Source: Sideroxydans sp. (lineage in GTDB: Bacteria > Pseudomonadota > Gammaproteobacteria > Burkholderiales > Gallionellaceae). Taken from it: DNA of 64,000 nucleotides. The DNA lies in assembly GCA_037446535.1 (NCBI GenBank), contig JBBIIJ010000002.1, positions 26,968-90,967 on the forward strand, read 5' to 3'. Numbering within the stretch: position 1 is the stretch's first letter; each line of letters opens with the position of its first letter. The notes beneath the pieces were generated by a model that was not told where the DNA came from, did no database searches, and worked only from the letters and a program-made list of their open reading frames with translations. The translations under genes and the position numbers were made by a program. Positions 51,617 to 63,244 of this stretch are shown here, piece after piece.

Positions 51617-53788
51617 TCAACTCGCCCGCTCGAGCACGATGCCAGCCAAGGGCGGCAGCGTCAGCTCTATCGATTGTTGTTCCCCATGCCAGGGAACATC
51701 GCCCGAATATAAACCAAAACCATTGCCCATATTCGAGCCTCCGTAATAGTGTGAATCGCTGTTGAAAATCTCGCGGTAGCTTCCCTTATGCGGCACGCCC
51801 ACGCGGTAAGCTGCACGCGGCACCGGCGTGAAGTTGAGCAGCACGATGACGTAGGATCCATCGTGTGCCTTCCTGTGGAAGATCAGCACCGAATCGTCGG
51901 CGTTGTTGCAGTCCACCCAGGAGAAGCCTTCGTGGGAAAAATCCAGCTGGTGCAGCGCCGAGACCTCGCGGTAGAGCCGATTGGCGTCACGCACCAGGTC
52001 CTTGATGCCGCTGTGCTGGCTGCGCCCCAGCAGGTGCCAGTCGATCTCGCTGCCGACCTTCCACTCGTGCCCCTGCGCGATCTCGTTGCCCATGAAGTTC
52101 AGCTTCTTGCCCGGCGTGGTGATCTGGTAGGTGAACAGCAGGCGCAGGTTGGCGAACTTCTGCCAGCCGTCGCCCGGCATCTTGTCCAGCAGCGAGCGCT
52201 TGCCGTGCACCACCTCGTCGTGCGAGAAAGGCAGCACGAAGTTCTCGGTATAGGCGTAGAGCTGGCCGAAGGTCAGCATATTGTGGTGATAACGCCTGTG
52301 CACCGGGTTGAGCTCCATGTAGGACAAGGTGTCGTTCATCCAGCCCATGTTCCACTTCATGGAGAAACCCAGACCGCCCAGGTAGGTGGGGCGCGACACC
52401 ATGGGCCAGGACGTTGATTCCTCGGCGATGGTCAGCGATCCTGGAAACTGCTCGTGCGTCATCACGTTCAGTTCGCGGAAGAAGTCCACCGCCTCCAGGT
52501 TCTCGCGGCCACCGTAACGGTTGGGCAGCCACTCGCCGCCTTTGCGCGAGTAATCCAGGTAGAGCATGGAGGCCACCGCATCCACGCGCACGCCATCCAC
52601 ATGGAACTCGTTCAGCCAGTAGTAGGCATTGGCCAGCAGGAAGTTGCGGACCTCGTTGCGTCCGTAGTTGAAGATCAGCGTGCCCCAGTCCTGATGCTGC
52701 CCCAGGCGCGGGTCCTCGTGTTCATACAGAGCCGTGCCGTCGAAACGTGCCAGGGCGAAGTCATCCTTGGGGAAATGGGCGGGCACCCAGTCCAGCACCA
52801 CCCCTATGCCCGCAAGGTGGCAGCTGTCCACAAAATAGCGGAAGTCCTCCGGCGTCCCGTAACGGCTGCTCACGCCGTAATAGCCGGTGGTCTGGTAGCC
52901 CCAAGACTCGTCCAGCGGATGCTCGCTGATCGGCATCAGCTCGATATGCGTGTAACCCATCTCCTGCACGTAGGGGATGAGGCTCTCCGCCAGTTCGCGG
53001 AAGTTGTAGAAACGCCCGTCCCAGTGCTTCTTCCACGAACCGGCATGAACCTCGTACAGGTTCATCGGCAGGTGCTGCCAGTCGCACGAGGCGCGCCGCT
53101 CCAGCCACTCATTGTCGCGCCACTGGTAGCCGCCCAGCACGGTCACTTTCGACGCCGTGCCCGGGCGCATCTCGAAGCCGAAACCATAGGGGTCGGTCTT
53201 GGTCAGCAGTTCGCTCGTGTGGCGGTTGCGTATCTCGAACTTGTAGAACTCGCCCAGGCCGATGTCGGGCACGAATATCTCCCACACCCCACTGCTGCCC
53301 AGGCTGCGCATGGGATGCACGCGGCCGTCCCAGCCATTGAAATCGCCCACCACGCTGACCCGCCCCGCATTCGGGGCCCAGACCGCGAAGCGCACGCCCC
53401 ACACGCCCTGCAGTTCCAAGTGGTGCGCGCCGAGCATGCGGTAGGCCTCATGCAAGCGCCCCTGCGAGAAGAGGTAGAGGTCGTGCTCGCTGATGCTGGA
53501 GGTAAAGGTGTAGGCGTCGTGTATCTCGATCACGTGGCTGAAGAAGGCCAGCTTCACGCGACAGGGGGAAGGCGGCTTTGCCGCGCCGCGCCAGGTGAAG
53601 AGCCCCTCGGCATCGGAGCGCTCCAGCGCCAGCCAGTCTGAGCCGTCGTGCACGTGGACCTCGGTCGCGTAGGGCTGGAACACGCGCAGCACCCATTCTG
53701 AACCGGCCTGATGCAGACCCAGATAGGAAAAAGGGTCGTGATGGCGTGCCTCAAGGATGGCACGCTTGTTCTGTGTATCACTGGACAT
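51617..53788 (-). CDS. glgB: 1,4-alpha-glucan branching enzyme (GH13)
   Basis: 723 aa with GH13 regions DWVPAHF, GVRVDAVASM and EESTSWP. Confidence 0.95.
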   Translation of the reverse strand: MSSDTQNKRAILEARHHDPFSYLGLHQAGSEWVLRVFQPYATEVHVHDGSDWLALERSDAEGLFTWRGAAKPPSPCRVKLAFFSHVIEIHDAYTFTSSISEHDLYLFSQGRLHEAYRMLGAHHLELQGVWGVRFAVWAPNAGRVSVVGDFNGWDGRVHPMRSLGSSGVWEIFVPDIGLGEFYKFEIRNRHTSELLTKTDPYGFGFEMRPGTASKVTVLGGYQWRDNEWLERRASCDWQHLPMNLYEVHAGSWKKHWDGRFYNFRELAESLIPYVQEMGYTHIELMPISEHPLDESWGYQTTGYYGVSSRYGTPEDFRYFVDSCHLAGIGVVLDWVPAHFPKDDFALARFDGTALYEHEDPRLGQHQDWGTLIFNYGRNEVRNFLLANAYYWLNEFHVDGVRVDAVASMLYLDYSRKGGEWLPNRYGGRENLEAVDFFRELNVMTHEQFPGSLTIAEESTSWPMVSRPTYLGGLGFSMKWNMGWMNDTLSYMELNPVHRRYHHNMLTFGQLYAYTENFVLPFSHDEVVHGKRSLLDKMPGDGWQKFANLRLLFTYQITTPGKKLNFMGNEIAQGHEWKVGSEIDWHLLGRSQHSGIKDLVRDANRLYREVSALHQLDFSHEGFSWVDCNNADDSVLIFHRKAHDGSYVIVLLNFTPVPRAAYRVGVPHKGSYREIFNSDSHYYGGSNMGNGFGLYSGDVPWHGEQQSIELTLPPLAGIVLERAS

Positions 53789-53931
53789 CTGTCGGCTCCC
53801 TAAAGCTTAATATATAGCCTGCCAGCGCGCGAGGAGCAATCCGAAACTACAGGATAACCCGCACTGTCACAAAGAATTCATCAAAACCGAGATGGCATCC
53901 AGTTCTTAGATTGAGACTGCCATGATGTTGC

Positions 53932-54020
<89 letters not shown>

Positions 54021-54065
54021 AGGGCACAGAACCCCAAAAGGGCGCGCATTATAACCGAGCGGTCT

Positions 54066-55085
54066 TCAACCGCCAGCGATTTGCACCACAGCGCGGCCCC
54101 GCGATTCGCCGTGCAGCATCGCCGGGAACACCTCCGGCAAATTTGCGAAGGGGACTGCATGCGCGATCTCCGCCAGCCTCTTAGGCTTCAGCCCCGTCCT
54201 GAACCCGGTCGAAGGATTGCCGGCCAGGCGCTGCCATACCTGCTTGCGCAAGGGCATCGCGGTGGCCGCTGAATCCACCCCCAAGAGCTTCACGCCGCGC
54301 AGAATGAAAGGGAACACCGTAGTGTGCAGCTCCACACCACCCGCGTTGCCGAAACTCGCGATGGCCCCGTCCTGCTGCATGGTGCGGGTAAGCCAGGCCA
54401 GCGTATCGCCGCCCACCGCATCCAGCGCCCCAGCCCACTGCGATCTTTCCAGCGGGCGCGCGCTCTTCAGGTCCACCTCGCTGCGCGGCAATATCTCGCT
54501 CGCACCTATAGACTTCAGGTACTCGTGTTCGCTCGCCTTGCCGGTCAGCGCCACGACGTGATAACCCAGCTGCGACAGCATCTGGATCGCCAGGCTGCCC
54601 ACGCCCCCGGTGGCACCGGTGACGATCACCTTGCCCTTGTCGGGCGTCAGCTCGTTCTGCTCCAGGCGATGGATGGCGAGTGAGGCAGTGAAGCCCGCCG
54701 TGCCGAGCGCCATCGCCTCGTACAGGGTGAGCCCCTGCGGCAACGGCACCACCCAGTCGGCCGGCACACGCACATACTCGGCAAAGCCTCCGTCGTGCGC
54801 CACGCCCATGTCGTAGCCCGTGACCAGCACCGCATCGCCCGCCTTGAAGCGCGAGTCCGATGAGCTTTCCACAATGCCGGCCGCATCCACCCCGCCCACG
54901 CACGGGAAGCGCCGGATGATCTTGCCCGCCCCGGTCGCTGCCAGCGCGTCCTTGTAGTTCACCCCGGAGTAATGGACCTTGATGACGACCTCACCTGCGT
55001 CGAGGTCGGCGAGAGTGAGATCGACGAAACGGCCTTGGGACTTGCCGTCCTCTTCGAAGATGCGATAGGCGCTGAAGGTCGTCAT
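54066..55085 (-). CDS. MDR-family NADPH-dependent oxidoreductase (YhdH/AcuI acrylyl-CoA reductase subgroup)
   Basis: 339 aa from ATG 55085 ([20 protein letters not shown]...VHYSGVNYKDALA...VTGATGGVGS). The upstream 187 codons of the 526-aa track ORF read sucB out of frame. Confidence 0.85.
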   Translation of the reverse strand: MTTFSAYRIFEEDGKSQGRFVDLTLADLDAGEVVIKVHYSGVNYKDALAATGAGKIIRRFPCVGGVDAAGIVESSSDSRFKAGDAVLVTGYDMGVAHDGGFAEYVRVPADWVVPLPQGLTLYEAMALGTAGFTASLAIHRLEQNELTPDKGKVIVTGATGGVGSLAIQMLSQLGYHVVALTGKASEHEYLKSIGASEILPRSEVDLKSARPLERSQWAGALDAVGGDTLAWLTRTMQQDGAIASFGNAGGVELHTTVFPFILRGVKLLGVDSAATAMPLRKQVWQRLAGNPSTGFRTGLKPKRLAEIAHAVPFANLPEVFPAMLHGESRGRAVVQIAGG

Positions 55086-56296
55086 CACAGATCCAGCAGC
55101 ACTAGCCCCGGATATTCCAGGTACTCCTTGATCGCGACGAGGAACTGCACTGCCTCGCGGCCGTCGATGATGCGGTGGTCGTAGGACAGCGCGAGATAGT
55201 TCATCGGGCGGATGACGACCTGGCCGTTCTCGGCCACGGGACGGTCCTTGGTGGCGTGGATGCCGAGGATGGCGCTCTGCGGCGGGTTGATGATGGGGGT
55301 GGAGAGCATGGAGCCGAACACGCCGCCGTTGGTGATGGAGAAGGTGCCGCCCGTGAGCTCCTCCATGGTGAGCCTGCCGTCCTTGGCGCGCGCGGCGTAA
55401 TCGGCGATGCGGTGCTCGATGTCGGCGTAGGAGAGCTGGTCCGCGTCGCGGATGATGGGCACCACCAGGCCGCGTTCGCTGCCTATGGCCACACCGATGT
55501 CGAAGTAGCCGTGGTAGATGATGTCGTTGCCGTCCACCGAGGCGTTGACGATGGGGAACTTCTTCAGCGCGTGCACGGCGGCCTTGACGAAGAAGGAGGA
55601 GAAGCCCAGTTTCACGCCGTGCTTCTTCTCGAACGCGTCCTTGCACTTGCTGCGCAGGTCCATCACCGGCTGCATGTTCACTTCGTTGAAGGTGGTGAGG
55701 ATGGCCGCATTCTGCTGTGACTGCAGCAGGCGCTCTGCGATGCGCTGGCGGATGCGCGTCATGGGCACGCGCTGCTCGGTGCGGTCGCCCGCAATGGTGG
55801 AAGGAGGCGCGACGTTTCTACCCTCTCCCCTGCCCTCTCCCTGCAAGGGAGAGGGAGTGGTGGAGCCGGGCGAGGGTGCCGGTCTGGCGGGTTGCGCAGC
55901 GGCCAGCACATCCTCCTTGGTCACCAGGCCGTGCCGGCCGGAGCCCTGCAGGCTGGCGGCATCCACGTCGTGTTCGTGCGCCAGCTTGCGCGCCGAGGGA
56001 GAGACGGCGGTCGCCTGCGCGGTCGCATGGGCGCCTCCGGCCGCCTGTGCGACGGCCGCCGTGTCGATCTGGGCGATGACCTCCTCGCTGGTCACTTTCG
56101 CGCCGTCCGCCTTGATGACCTTGGTGAGCACGCCACTCTTGACCGCCGGCAGCTCCAGCACAACCTTGTCGGTCTCGATGTCGATCAGGTTCTCGCCTTC
56201 GCTCACTGCCTCGCCGACCTTCTTGTGCCACGTGAGCAGCGTCGCTTCGGACACCGATTCGGAAAGCTGCGGGACTTTGACTTCAACGATGCTCAT
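55085..56296 (-). CDS. sucB: 2-oxoglutarate dehydrogenase E2 component (dihydrolipoyllysine-residue succinyltransferase)
   Basis: Lipoyl domain with [12 protein letters not shown], a peripheral subunit-binding domain ([14 protein letters not shown]) and a catalytic domain ending [16 protein letters not shown]. Confidence 0.95.
   Translation of the reverse strand: MSIVEVKVPQLSESVSEATLLTWHKKVGEAVSEGENLIDIETDKVVLELPAVKSGVLTKVIKADGAKVTSEEVIAQIDTAAVAQAAGGAHATAQATAVSPSARKLAHEHDVDAASLQGSGRHGLVTKEDVLAAAQPARPAPSPGSTTPSPLQGEGRGEGRNVAPPSTIAGDRTEQRVPMTRIRQRIAERLLQSQQNAAILTTFNEVNMQPVMDLRSKCKDAFEKKHGVKLGFSSFFVKAAVHALKKFPIVNASVDGNDIIYHGYFDIGVAIGSERGLVVPIIRDADQLSYADIEHRIADYAARAKDGRLTMEELTGGTFSITNGGVFGSMLSTPIINPPQSAILGIHATKDRPVAENGQVVIRPMNYLALSYDHRIIDGREAVQFLVAIKEYLEYPGLVLLDL
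55821..55855. repeat. GC-rich palindromic element inside the sucB inter-domain linker
   Basis: CCCTCTCCCCTG, then the perfect 10-bp inverted repeat CCCTCTCCCT-GCA-AGGGAGAGGG (55833-55855). On the coding strand it translates in frame as [11 protein letters not shown]. Confidence 0.8.
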
Positions 56297-59150
56297 GGGG
56301 CGCTCCTGGTTTGTTCTTGATGTCTAGGTCGGGACGGAAGGCGGCCTCGATCACCGCCTTCTGCTGTTCGTTGTGCACCGCGAGGTAGCCCGCCGCGGGA
56401 GAGGCGGAGGACGGGCGCAGCGCATAGCCCAGCTTCATGCCGGGGCGCATGTGGCGCAGCAGGTAATGCTGGATGCGGTGCCATGCGCCCTGGTTGCCCG
56501 GCTCTTCCTGGCACCAAACCACCTCGGTCGCATTGGGATAGGCGGCTACCTGCGCGGTGAATTCGTCGTGCGGGAAGGGATAGAGCTGTTCCAGCCGGAT
56601 GATGGCCATGTCGGCTATGCCGCGCTCGCGTCTCGCCTTGATGAGGTCGTAGTACACCTTGCCGCTGCAGGCGATGACGCGGCGCACCTTGCCTGCTTCC
56701 AGCCCGTCATCCACCTCGGGGATGACGGGCTGGAAGCCGCCCTGCGCCAGGTCGTCCAGCGATGAAGCCGCCTCTTTGCTGCGCAGCAGGCTCTTGGGCG
56801 TGAACACGATGAGCGGCCTGCGTATCGGGCGCAGCATCTGGCGGCGCAGCAGGTGGAAGACCTGTGCGGAGGTGGACGGGATGCAGACCTGGATGTTGTA
56901 GTCGGCGCACAACTGCAGATAGCGCTCTATGCGCCCGGACGAGTGCTCCGGCCCTTGGCCCTCGTAGCCGTGCGGCAGCAGCATGGTGAGGCCGCACAGC
57001 CTACCCCACTTGGCCTCGCCCGAGGCGATGAACTGGTCTATGACCACCTGCGCGCCGTTGGCGAAATCGCCGAACTGCGCCTCCCATATCGTCAGCGTAT
57101 CCGGCTCCGCGGTGGCGTAGCCGTATTCGAACGCGAGCACCGCCGCCTCCGACAGGATGGAATCGATGACGATGAAATCCGCCTGGTTGGGCCCGATGTT
57201 CTGCAGTGGGATGTGGTAGCCCTGGTCGAACTGCACGCGGTTCTGGTCGTGCAGCACAGCATGGCGGTGGAAGAAGGTGCCGCGCCCGCAATCCTCTCCG
57301 GACAGGCGGATGGGATAGCCCTCGGCCACGAGGCTCGCGTATGCCAGGTTCTCGGCCATGCCCCAGTCCAGCGGCATTTCGCCCTTTCCCATCGCGGAAC
57401 GGTCGGCCATGATCTTCTCGACGCGCGCGTGCAGCTTGAAGTTCTGCGGTACGGCGGTCAGGCGCTCGGCCATCTGCTGCAGGCGCGCGCTCGAAACCGC
57501 GGTGTCCACCGCCACGTTCCAGGGCACATCGCCCTTGTACCTCGTCCAGTTGACGCCGTACTCGTGCTTGACGCCCGCCACCGCCAGCTGCAGCGGGTCG
57601 CGTCCTTCGTCCATCGCACGGCGATAGTCCGTGACCATGGCATCCGCCTCTTCCTGCGACACCGCCCCCTGCTCCACCAGGCGCTTGGCGTACAACGTCC
57701 TCGTGCCCGGATGCTGGTTGATGTAGCGGTACATGAAGGGCTGGGTGACCAGCGGCTCGTCCTGCTCGTTGTGCCCCAGCTTGCGGAAGCACACCATGTC
57801 GACCACCACGTCCTTGCCGAAATGCATGCGGAAATCGAGCGCGAGCTCGGTGATGCGCAGCACGGCCTCCGGATCGTCCGCGTTCACATGGAAGATGGGC
57901 GCGTCTATCATCTTCGCAACGTCGGTGCAGTACAGCGAAGAACGCGCGTCGCGCGCATCCGAGGTGGTGAAGCCGATCTGGTTGTTGATGACGATGTGCA
58001 CCGTGCCGCCCGTGCGGTAGCCGCGCGTCTGCGACAGGTTGAACGTCTCCTGGTTAACGCCCTGTCCTGCGAAGGCCGCATCGCCGTGCAGCAGCACAGG
58101 CAGCACCTGCGCCCCCTTGTGATCCTTGCGCCGATGCTGGCGCGCCCTTACCGACCCCTCCACCACGGGATTGACGATCTCCAGGTGCGACGGGTTGAAG
58201 GCGAGCGTCACGTGCATGACGCCGCCGGGGGTGCCGATGTCGGACGAGAATCCCTGGTGATACTTCACGTCCCCCGAGGTCAGGTGCTCGGCATGCACCC
58301 CTTCGAACTCGGCGAACAGCACCTTGGGCAGCTTGCCCAGCGTGTTCACCAGCACGTTCAGCCGGCCGCGGTGCGCCATGCCGATGACGGTCTCCTTCAC
58401 GCCCGCCCCGCCCGCACGCTGCAGCAGATGGTGCAGCAAGGGGGTCAGCGTCTCGCCGCCTTCCAGCGAGAAACGTTTCTGGCCCACGTATTTCGTGTGC
58501 AGGTAGCGCTCCAGCCCTTCAGCCGCGGTCAGCCGCTCCAGGATGCGCTTCCTGGTTTCCAGGGGATACTCCGCCTCCCCGGTCGGCCCCTCCAGCCGTG
58601 CCTGTATCCAGCGTTTCTGCGCGATGTCGCTGATGTACATGTACTCGGCGCCCACGCTGCCGCAATAGATGCGGCGCAGCCGTTGCAGGATCTCGCGCAG
58701 GGTCATGCGCGCGCCACCGACGAGAGAACCGGTGTTGAAGGTGGTGTCGAGGTCAAACTCGCCCAGGCTGTAATACGCGGGATTCAGCTCCGCGATCTGC
58801 GGCTTGGCATGACGCGCCAGGGGGTCGAGGTCCGCCACGCGCACGCCCAGGAAGCGGTAGGCATTGATGAGCTGCAACACCGAGGCCTGCTTGCGCGCCT
58901 CGTCCGCATACGCGGTCGTCTCCACTCGGCTGCCCGCGCCGACGAAGCCCTGCTGGATCGGCCCGTGCGCAACGTCTGCGCTCTCTGCGGACTGCAGCTT
59001 GTCGAAGTAGGCCCGCCACTCCGCGGGAACCGACGCAGGATTGCGCAGGTAATCCTCGTACAGGCTCTCGACGAAGGCGTTGTTGCCGCCGGACAGCGGC
59101 GAGGTGCTGCGCATGGCCTCCATGTAGGTGCTGCTGCCCGGGGCGTTCAT
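56283..59150 (-). CDS. sucA: 2-oxoglutarate dehydrogenase E1 component
   Basis: 955 aa, typical SucA N-terminus ([18 protein letters not shown]) and ThDP-binding region. Overlaps the sucB start by 14 nt. Confidence 0.97.
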   Translation of the reverse strand: MNAPGSSTYMEAMRSTSPLSGGNNAFVESLYEDYLRNPASVPAEWRAYFDKLQSAESADVAHGPIQQGFVGAGSRVETTAYADEARKQASVLQLINAYRFLGVRVADLDPLARHAKPQIAELNPAYYSLGEFDLDTTFNTGSLVGGARMTLREILQRLRRIYCGSVGAEYMYISDIAQKRWIQARLEGPTGEAEYPLETRKRILERLTAAEGLERYLHTKYVGQKRFSLEGGETLTPLLHHLLQRAGGAGVKETVIGMAHRGRLNVLVNTLGKLPKVLFAEFEGVHAEHLTSGDVKYHQGFSSDIGTPGGVMHVTLAFNPSHLEIVNPVVEGSVRARQHRRKDHKGAQVLPVLLHGDAAFAGQGVNQETFNLSQTRGYRTGGTVHIVINNQIGFTTSDARDARSSLYCTDVAKMIDAPIFHVNADDPEAVLRITELALDFRMHFGKDVVVDMVCFRKLGHNEQDEPLVTQPFMYRYINQHPGTRTLYAKRLVEQGAVSQEEADAMVTDYRRAMDEGRDPLQLAVAGVKHEYGVNWTRYKGDVPWNVAVDTAVSSARLQQMAERLTAVPQNFKLHARVEKIMADRSAMGKGEMPLDWGMAENLAYASLVAEGYPIRLSGEDCGRGTFFHRHAVLHDQNRVQFDQGYHIPLQNIGPNQADFIVIDSILSEAAVLAFEYGYATAEPDTLTIWEAQFGDFANGAQVVIDQFIASGEAKWGRLCGLTMLLPHGYEGQGPEHSSGRIERYLQLCADYNIQVCIPSTSAQVFHLLRRQMLRPIRRPLIVFTPKSLLRSKEAASSLDDLAQGGFQPVIPEVDDGLEAGKVRRVIACSGKVYYDLIKARRERGIADMAIIRLEQLYPFPHDEFTAQVAAYPNATEVVWCQEEPGNQGAWHRIQHYLLRHMRPGMKLGYALRPSSASPAAGYLAVHNEQQKAVIEAAFRPDLDIKNKPGAPHEHR

Positions 59151-59161
59151 GGTCTGACCGT

Positions 59162-60448
59162 TCAGCGTTGCGCGATAGGCACGAAGTCGCGCTTGGTCGC
59201 GCCGCGATACAGCTGGCGCGGGCGGCCGATTTTGTGCTCGACATCACCTATCATCTCGTTCCACTGCGAGATCCAGCCGACGGTACGCGCCAGGGCGAAG
59301 ATCACGGTGAACATGTTGGTCGGGATGCCGATCGCGCGCAGCACGATGCCGGAGTAGAAGTCCACGTTCGGATACAGCTTGCGCTCGATGAAGTACGGGT
59401 CGGACAGCGCGGTCTTCTCCAGCTCCATCGCCAGCTCGAACAGCTTGTTGTTCTCCAGCCCGAGCTCCTTGAGCACCTCGTAACAGGTCTCGCGCATCAC
59501 GTTGGCGCGCGGGTCCATGTTCTTGTACACGCGGTGGCCGAATCCCATCAGGCGGTATTTCTTGTCCTTGACGCCCTGCACGTACTCCTTCACGCGCGAC
59601 ACGTCGCCGATCTCTTCCAGCATCTTGAGCGCCGCTTCGTTGGCGCCGCCGTGGGCCGGGCCCCACAGCGCCGCGATGCCGGAGGCAATGCAGGCGAAGG
59701 GGTTGGCGCCGGAAGAGCCCGCCAGGCGCACCGTCGAGGTGGAGGCGTTCTGCTCGTGGTCCGCATGCAGAATGAAGATGCGCTCCAGCGCGCGCACCAG
59801 CACCGGGTTGGGCTCGTAGTCCTCGGCGGGCGTGCCGAACATCATGTACATGAAGTTCTCGACATAGCCGAACTTGTTCTTCGGGTACATGAAGGGCTCG
59901 CCTATGCTGTACTTGTAGGCCATGGCGGCGATGGTCGGCACCTTGGCCAACAGACGATAGGCCGAGATGCGGCGGTGCTCCGGGTTACTGATGTCGAGCG
60001 AGTCGTGATAGAAGGCCGACAGCGCGCCCACCACGCCCACCATCACCGCCATGGGGTGCGCATCGCGGCGGAAGCCATTGAAGAAGCGCGCCAGCTGGTC
60101 GTGCACCATGGTGTGGTGGGTGATGATCTGGGCGAATTCGGCCTTCTGCGCCGCAGTCGGCAGTTCGCCGTTCAGCAGCAGGTAGCACACCTCGAGGAAG
60201 TCGGAGTTCTCCGCCAGTTGTTCGATGGGGTAGCCGCGGTAATACAGCAGTCCGGCATCGCCGTCGATGAAGGTGATGCCGGACGTGCAGCTCGCCGTGG
60301 CCATGAACGCCGGGTCATAGGTGAATATGCCCAGCTTGTTGAGGCTGCGCATGTCCACCACGTCGGGACCGAGCGTGCCGGACAGGATGGGCAGCTCGAC
60401 GCTGCGCCCATCGTCCAAAGTGAGTGTTGCTACACGTTTGCTTTCCAT
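59162..60448 (-). CDS. gltA: Citrate synthase (type II, hexameric type)
   Basis: 428 aa with [15 protein letters not shown] and [14 protein letters not shown] signatures. Confidence 0.97.
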   Translation of the reverse strand: MESKRVATLTLDDGRSVELPILSGTLGPDVVDMRSLNKLGIFTYDPAFMATASCTSGITFIDGDAGLLYYRGYPIEQLAENSDFLEVCYLLLNGELPTAAQKAEFAQIITHHTMVHDQLARFFNGFRRDAHPMAVMVGVVGALSAFYHDSLDISNPEHRRISAYRLLAKVPTIAAMAYKYSIGEPFMYPKNKFGYVENFMYMMFGTPAEDYEPNPVLVRALERIFILHADHEQNASTSTVRLAGSSGANPFACIASGIAALWGPAHGGANEAALKMLEEIGDVSRVKEYVQGVKDKKYRLMGFGHRVYKNMDPRANVMRETCYEVLKELGLENNKLFELAMELEKTALSDPYFIERKLYPNVDFYSGIVLRAIGIPTNMFTVIFALARTVGWISQWNEMIGDVEHKIGRPRQLYRGATKRDFVPIAQR

Positions 60449-60464
60449 TTCTTCCTCGCTTCTT

Positions 60465-60779
60465 TCAGACTTCTCTCAACCATTCCAACACCATGCGCTG
60501 GTGCGCATGGGTCGGTTCCATCTTGCCCGTCACCAGGTCCCACAGGAGCGTATCCGGCAGATCCAGCAACTCATCGAAGGCCGCGCACTGCACCCGGTCC
60601 AGCTGCGGGTAGCGCTGTCCGACGAAGCGGCCCAGCACGATATCCAGCTCCAGCAGGCCGCGCCGGCAGCGCCAGCGCATGCGTTCCCGATATGCAGGAT
60701 CGGGGATTGCAGATAGAGGATCGAGCGAATCTGCTTCCCCTTCCCCCTCATGACTCGATCCTCGCCCCTCGATCCTCAT
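60465..60779 (-). CDS. sdhE: Succinate dehydrogenase flavinylation factor SdhE (DUF339)
   Basis: [12 protein letters not shown] (RGxxE motif), then the helical bundle ...[22 protein letters not shown] 60779 overlaps the sdhB stop (ATGA). An alternative start at Met34 would give 71 aa. Confidence 0.75.
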   Translation of the reverse strand: MRIEGRGSSHEGEGEADSLDPLSAIPDPAYRERMRWRCRRGLLELDIVLGRFVGQRYPQLDRVQCAAFDELLDLPDTLLWDLVTGKMEPTHAHQRMVLEWLREV

Positions 60780-61471
60780 ACCGTTCTTTTCACCATCATG
60801 TCCTTGATCCTGCCTATGGCCTCGGTCGGGTTCAGCTCCTTGGGGCACACGTCCACGCAATTCATGATGGTGTGGCAACGAAACAGGCGATATGGGTCTT
60901 CCAGGTTGTCCAACCGCGCGGACGTGTCCTGGTCGCGCGTATCTGCCAGGAAACGGTAGGCCTGCAGCAGGCCCGCCGGTCCCACGAACTTGTCTGGGTT
61001 CCACCAGAAGGAAGGGCAGGCCGTGGAGCAACAGGCACACAGTATGCATTCGTACAGCCCGTCCAGCTGCGCCCTGTCCTCCGGCGACTGCAAACGCTCG
61101 GTCTCGGGCGGCGGGTCGTTGTTCACCAGGTAGGGCTTGATCGAGTGGTACTGCTTGAAGAACTGCGACATGTCCACGATCAGGTCGCGGATCACAGGCA
61201 GCCCCGGCAGCGGCCGGATCTCGATGGGCTGCTTCAGCGTAGACAAGGGCGTGATGCAGGCCAGCCCGTTGCGGCCGTTGATGTTCATCGCATCCGAGCC
61301 GCACACGCCTTCGCGACACGACTTGCGGAAGCCTATGCTGTCGTCCTCTTGCTTGAGCAGCATCAGCGCGTCAAGCAGCATGGCATCACCCGCCTCCATG
61401 CTCAGTTCGTAGTCCTGCATGTAGGGCTTGGTGTCGGTGTCCGGGTTGTAGCGGTAGATCCTGAATCTCAT
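60776..61471 (-). CDS. sdhB: Succinate dehydrogenase iron-sulfur subunit
   Basis: Cys clusters CREGVCGSDAMNING, CILCACCSTACP and CHTIMNCVDVCP. Confidence 0.97.
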   Translation of the reverse strand: MRFRIYRYNPDTDTKPYMQDYELSMEAGDAMLLDALMLLKQEDDSIGFRKSCREGVCGSDAMNINGRNGLACITPLSTLKQPIEIRPLPGLPVIRDLIVDMSQFFKQYHSIKPYLVNNDPPPETERLQSPEDRAQLDGLYECILCACCSTACPSFWWNPDKFVGPAGLLQAYRFLADTRDQDTSARLDNLEDPYRLFRCHTIMNCVDVCPKELNPTEAIGRIKDMMVKRTV

Positions 61472-61480
61472 GGGTCGCTC

Positions 61481-63244
61481 CTAGTACACGCGCGCCTTGA
61501 GCGGGAAGGATTCGACGGTCAGTGGCTTCAGTCGCACCGGCTTGTAGTCCAGCCTGTGCCCTTCGCTGTAGTACAGCGAGTGCTTCAGCCAGTTCTTATC
61601 GTCGCGCTCGGGGTAGTCCTCGCGTGCGTGCGCACCGCGGCTCTCCTTGCGTGCTTCGGCCGCAGTCATTGTGGCCTGGGCCACTTCGATCAGGTTGTCC
61701 AGTTCCAGCGCCTCGACGCGCGCGGTGTTGAACACGCAGCTCTTGTCCCTGATTCCCGTGTGGCACGCCCGCTCTGCCACCTCGCGTATTTTCGTCACGC
61801 CCTCGGCAAGCAGGTCGGGGAAGCGGAACACACCGCAATGCGTCTGCATCACGCGACGCATCGCGTCGCCGACCTCGGCCACGCTCTCGCCGCTCTTTTG
61901 ACCGTCCAGCCGTGCCAGGCGCGCCAACGGACGGTCCGCGGCATCAGGTGGCAGCGGTTTGGGATTGGGATTGGCATTGAGGTCTTCGATGATCTGGCGC
62001 GCAGCCGCGCGGCCGAAGACGATGAGGTCAAGCAGCGAGTTGCAGCCGAGGCGGTTTGCACCGTGCACCGACACGCAGGCGCACTCGCCCACGGCGTAGA
62101 AGCCCTGCACCACGTCCTCGGGTGCAGTGCCGTGTGGCGCCACGACCTGCCCGTGGTAGTTGGTGGGGATGCCGCCCATCATGTAGTGCGCGGTGGGCAC
62201 CACCGGTATCGGTGCGCGCGCCGGATCGACATGGGCGAACTTGAGCGCGATGTCGCGTATGCCCGGCAGCCGGTGGCGTATCACCTCCTCGCCCAGATGG
62301 TCGAGCTTGAGCAGCAGATGGTCGCCATGCGGCCCGCAGCCGCGCCCTTCCTTGATCTCGGTCGCCATGGCTCGCGACACCACGTCGCGGCTGGCAAGGT
62401 CCTTGGCGGTGGGGGCATAGCGCGGCATGAAGCGCTCGCCGTCCTTGTTCACGAGGTACCCGCCTTCTCCGCGCACGCCCTCGGTGATGAGCACGCCGGA
62501 GCCATGCACGCCGGTGGGGTGGAACTGGAAGAACTCCATGTCTTCCAGCGGGATGCCGGCGCGCGCCGCCATGCCCAGCCCGTCGCCGGTGTTGATGTAG
62601 GCGTTGGTGCTGGCCGAGAAGATGCGCCCTGCCCCTCCCGTGGCGAACAGCGTGGCGCGCGCCTGCAGGATCATCACCTCGGAAGTCTCGATCTCCATCG
62701 CCACCACGCCCAGCACGTCGCCGTCCTCGTCGCGGATCAGGTCCAACGCCATCCACTCGATGAAGAAGTTGGTGTTGGCCTTGACGTTCTGCTGGTACAG
62801 CGTGTGCAACAGCGCGTGGCCTGTGCGGTCGGCCGCGGCACAAGCGCGCGGCACCGGGTTCTTGCCGTAGTCCTGCATGTGGCCACCGAACGGGCGCTGG
62901 TAGATCTTGCCGGAATCCAGCCGATCGAAAGGCATGCCGAAGTGCTCCAGCTCGTACACCACTTCGGGCGCGGCACGGCACATGAACTCGATGGCGTCTT
63001 GGTCGCCCAGATAGTCCGAACCTTTCACGGTGTCGTACATGTGCCAGTGCCAGTTGTCTTCGTTGACGTTGCCCAGCGAGGCGGCGATGCCCCCCTGCGC
63101 CGCGACGGTGTGCGAGCGCGTCGGGAAGACCTTGGACAGCACAGCAACTTTCAGTCCCGCCTGCGACAGCGTGAGCGCCGCGCGCATGCCGGCACCGCCA
63201 GCGCCCACCACCACCACGTCGAACGTCCTTTTGTTGATCGCCAT
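61481..63244 (-). CDS. sdhA: Succinate dehydrogenase flavoprotein subunit
   Basis: 587 aa from ATG 63244. FAD fold [17 protein letters not shown] and the covalent-FAD His in [10 protein letters not shown]. The track ORF extension overlaps sdhD. Confidence 0.97.
   Translation of the reverse strand: MAINKRTFDVVVVGAGGAGMRAALTLSQAGLKVAVLSKVFPTRSHTVAAQGGIAASLGNVNEDNWHWHMYDTVKGSDYLGDQDAIEFMCRAAPEVVYELEHFGMPFDRLDSGKIYQRPFGGHMQDYGKNPVPRACAAADRTGHALLHTLYQQNVKANTNFFIEWMALDLIRDEDGDVLGVVAMEIETSEVMILQARATLFATGGAGRIFSASTNAYINTGDGLGMAARAGIPLEDMEFFQFHPTGVHGSGVLITEGVRGEGGYLVNKDGERFMPRYAPTAKDLASRDVVSRAMATEIKEGRGCGPHGDHLLLKLDHLGEEVIRHRLPGIRDIALKFAHVDPARAPIPVVPTAHYMMGGIPTNYHGQVVAPHGTAPEDVVQGFYAVGECACVSVHGANRLGCNSLLDLIVFGRAAARQIIEDLNANPNPKPLPPDAADRPLARLARLDGQKSGESVAEVGDAMRRVMQTHCGVFRFPDLLAEGVTKIREVAERACHTGIRDKSCVFNTARVEALELDNLIEVAQATMTAAEARKESRGAHAREDYPERDDKNWLKHSLYYSEGHRLDYKPVRLKPLTVESFPLKARVY

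Noticed and set aside
54066-55646. A 526-aa ORF with an Arg/His/Pro-rich N-terminal half
   Set aside because: The first 187 codons read sucB in a wrong frame. The real gene starts at ATG 55085, coupled to the sucB stop.
56853-59357. An 834-aa plus-strand ORF
   Set aside because: It is antisense to sucA in the same stop-poor frame, with a low-complexity Arg/His/Ala/Val product, no SD and no independent evidence.
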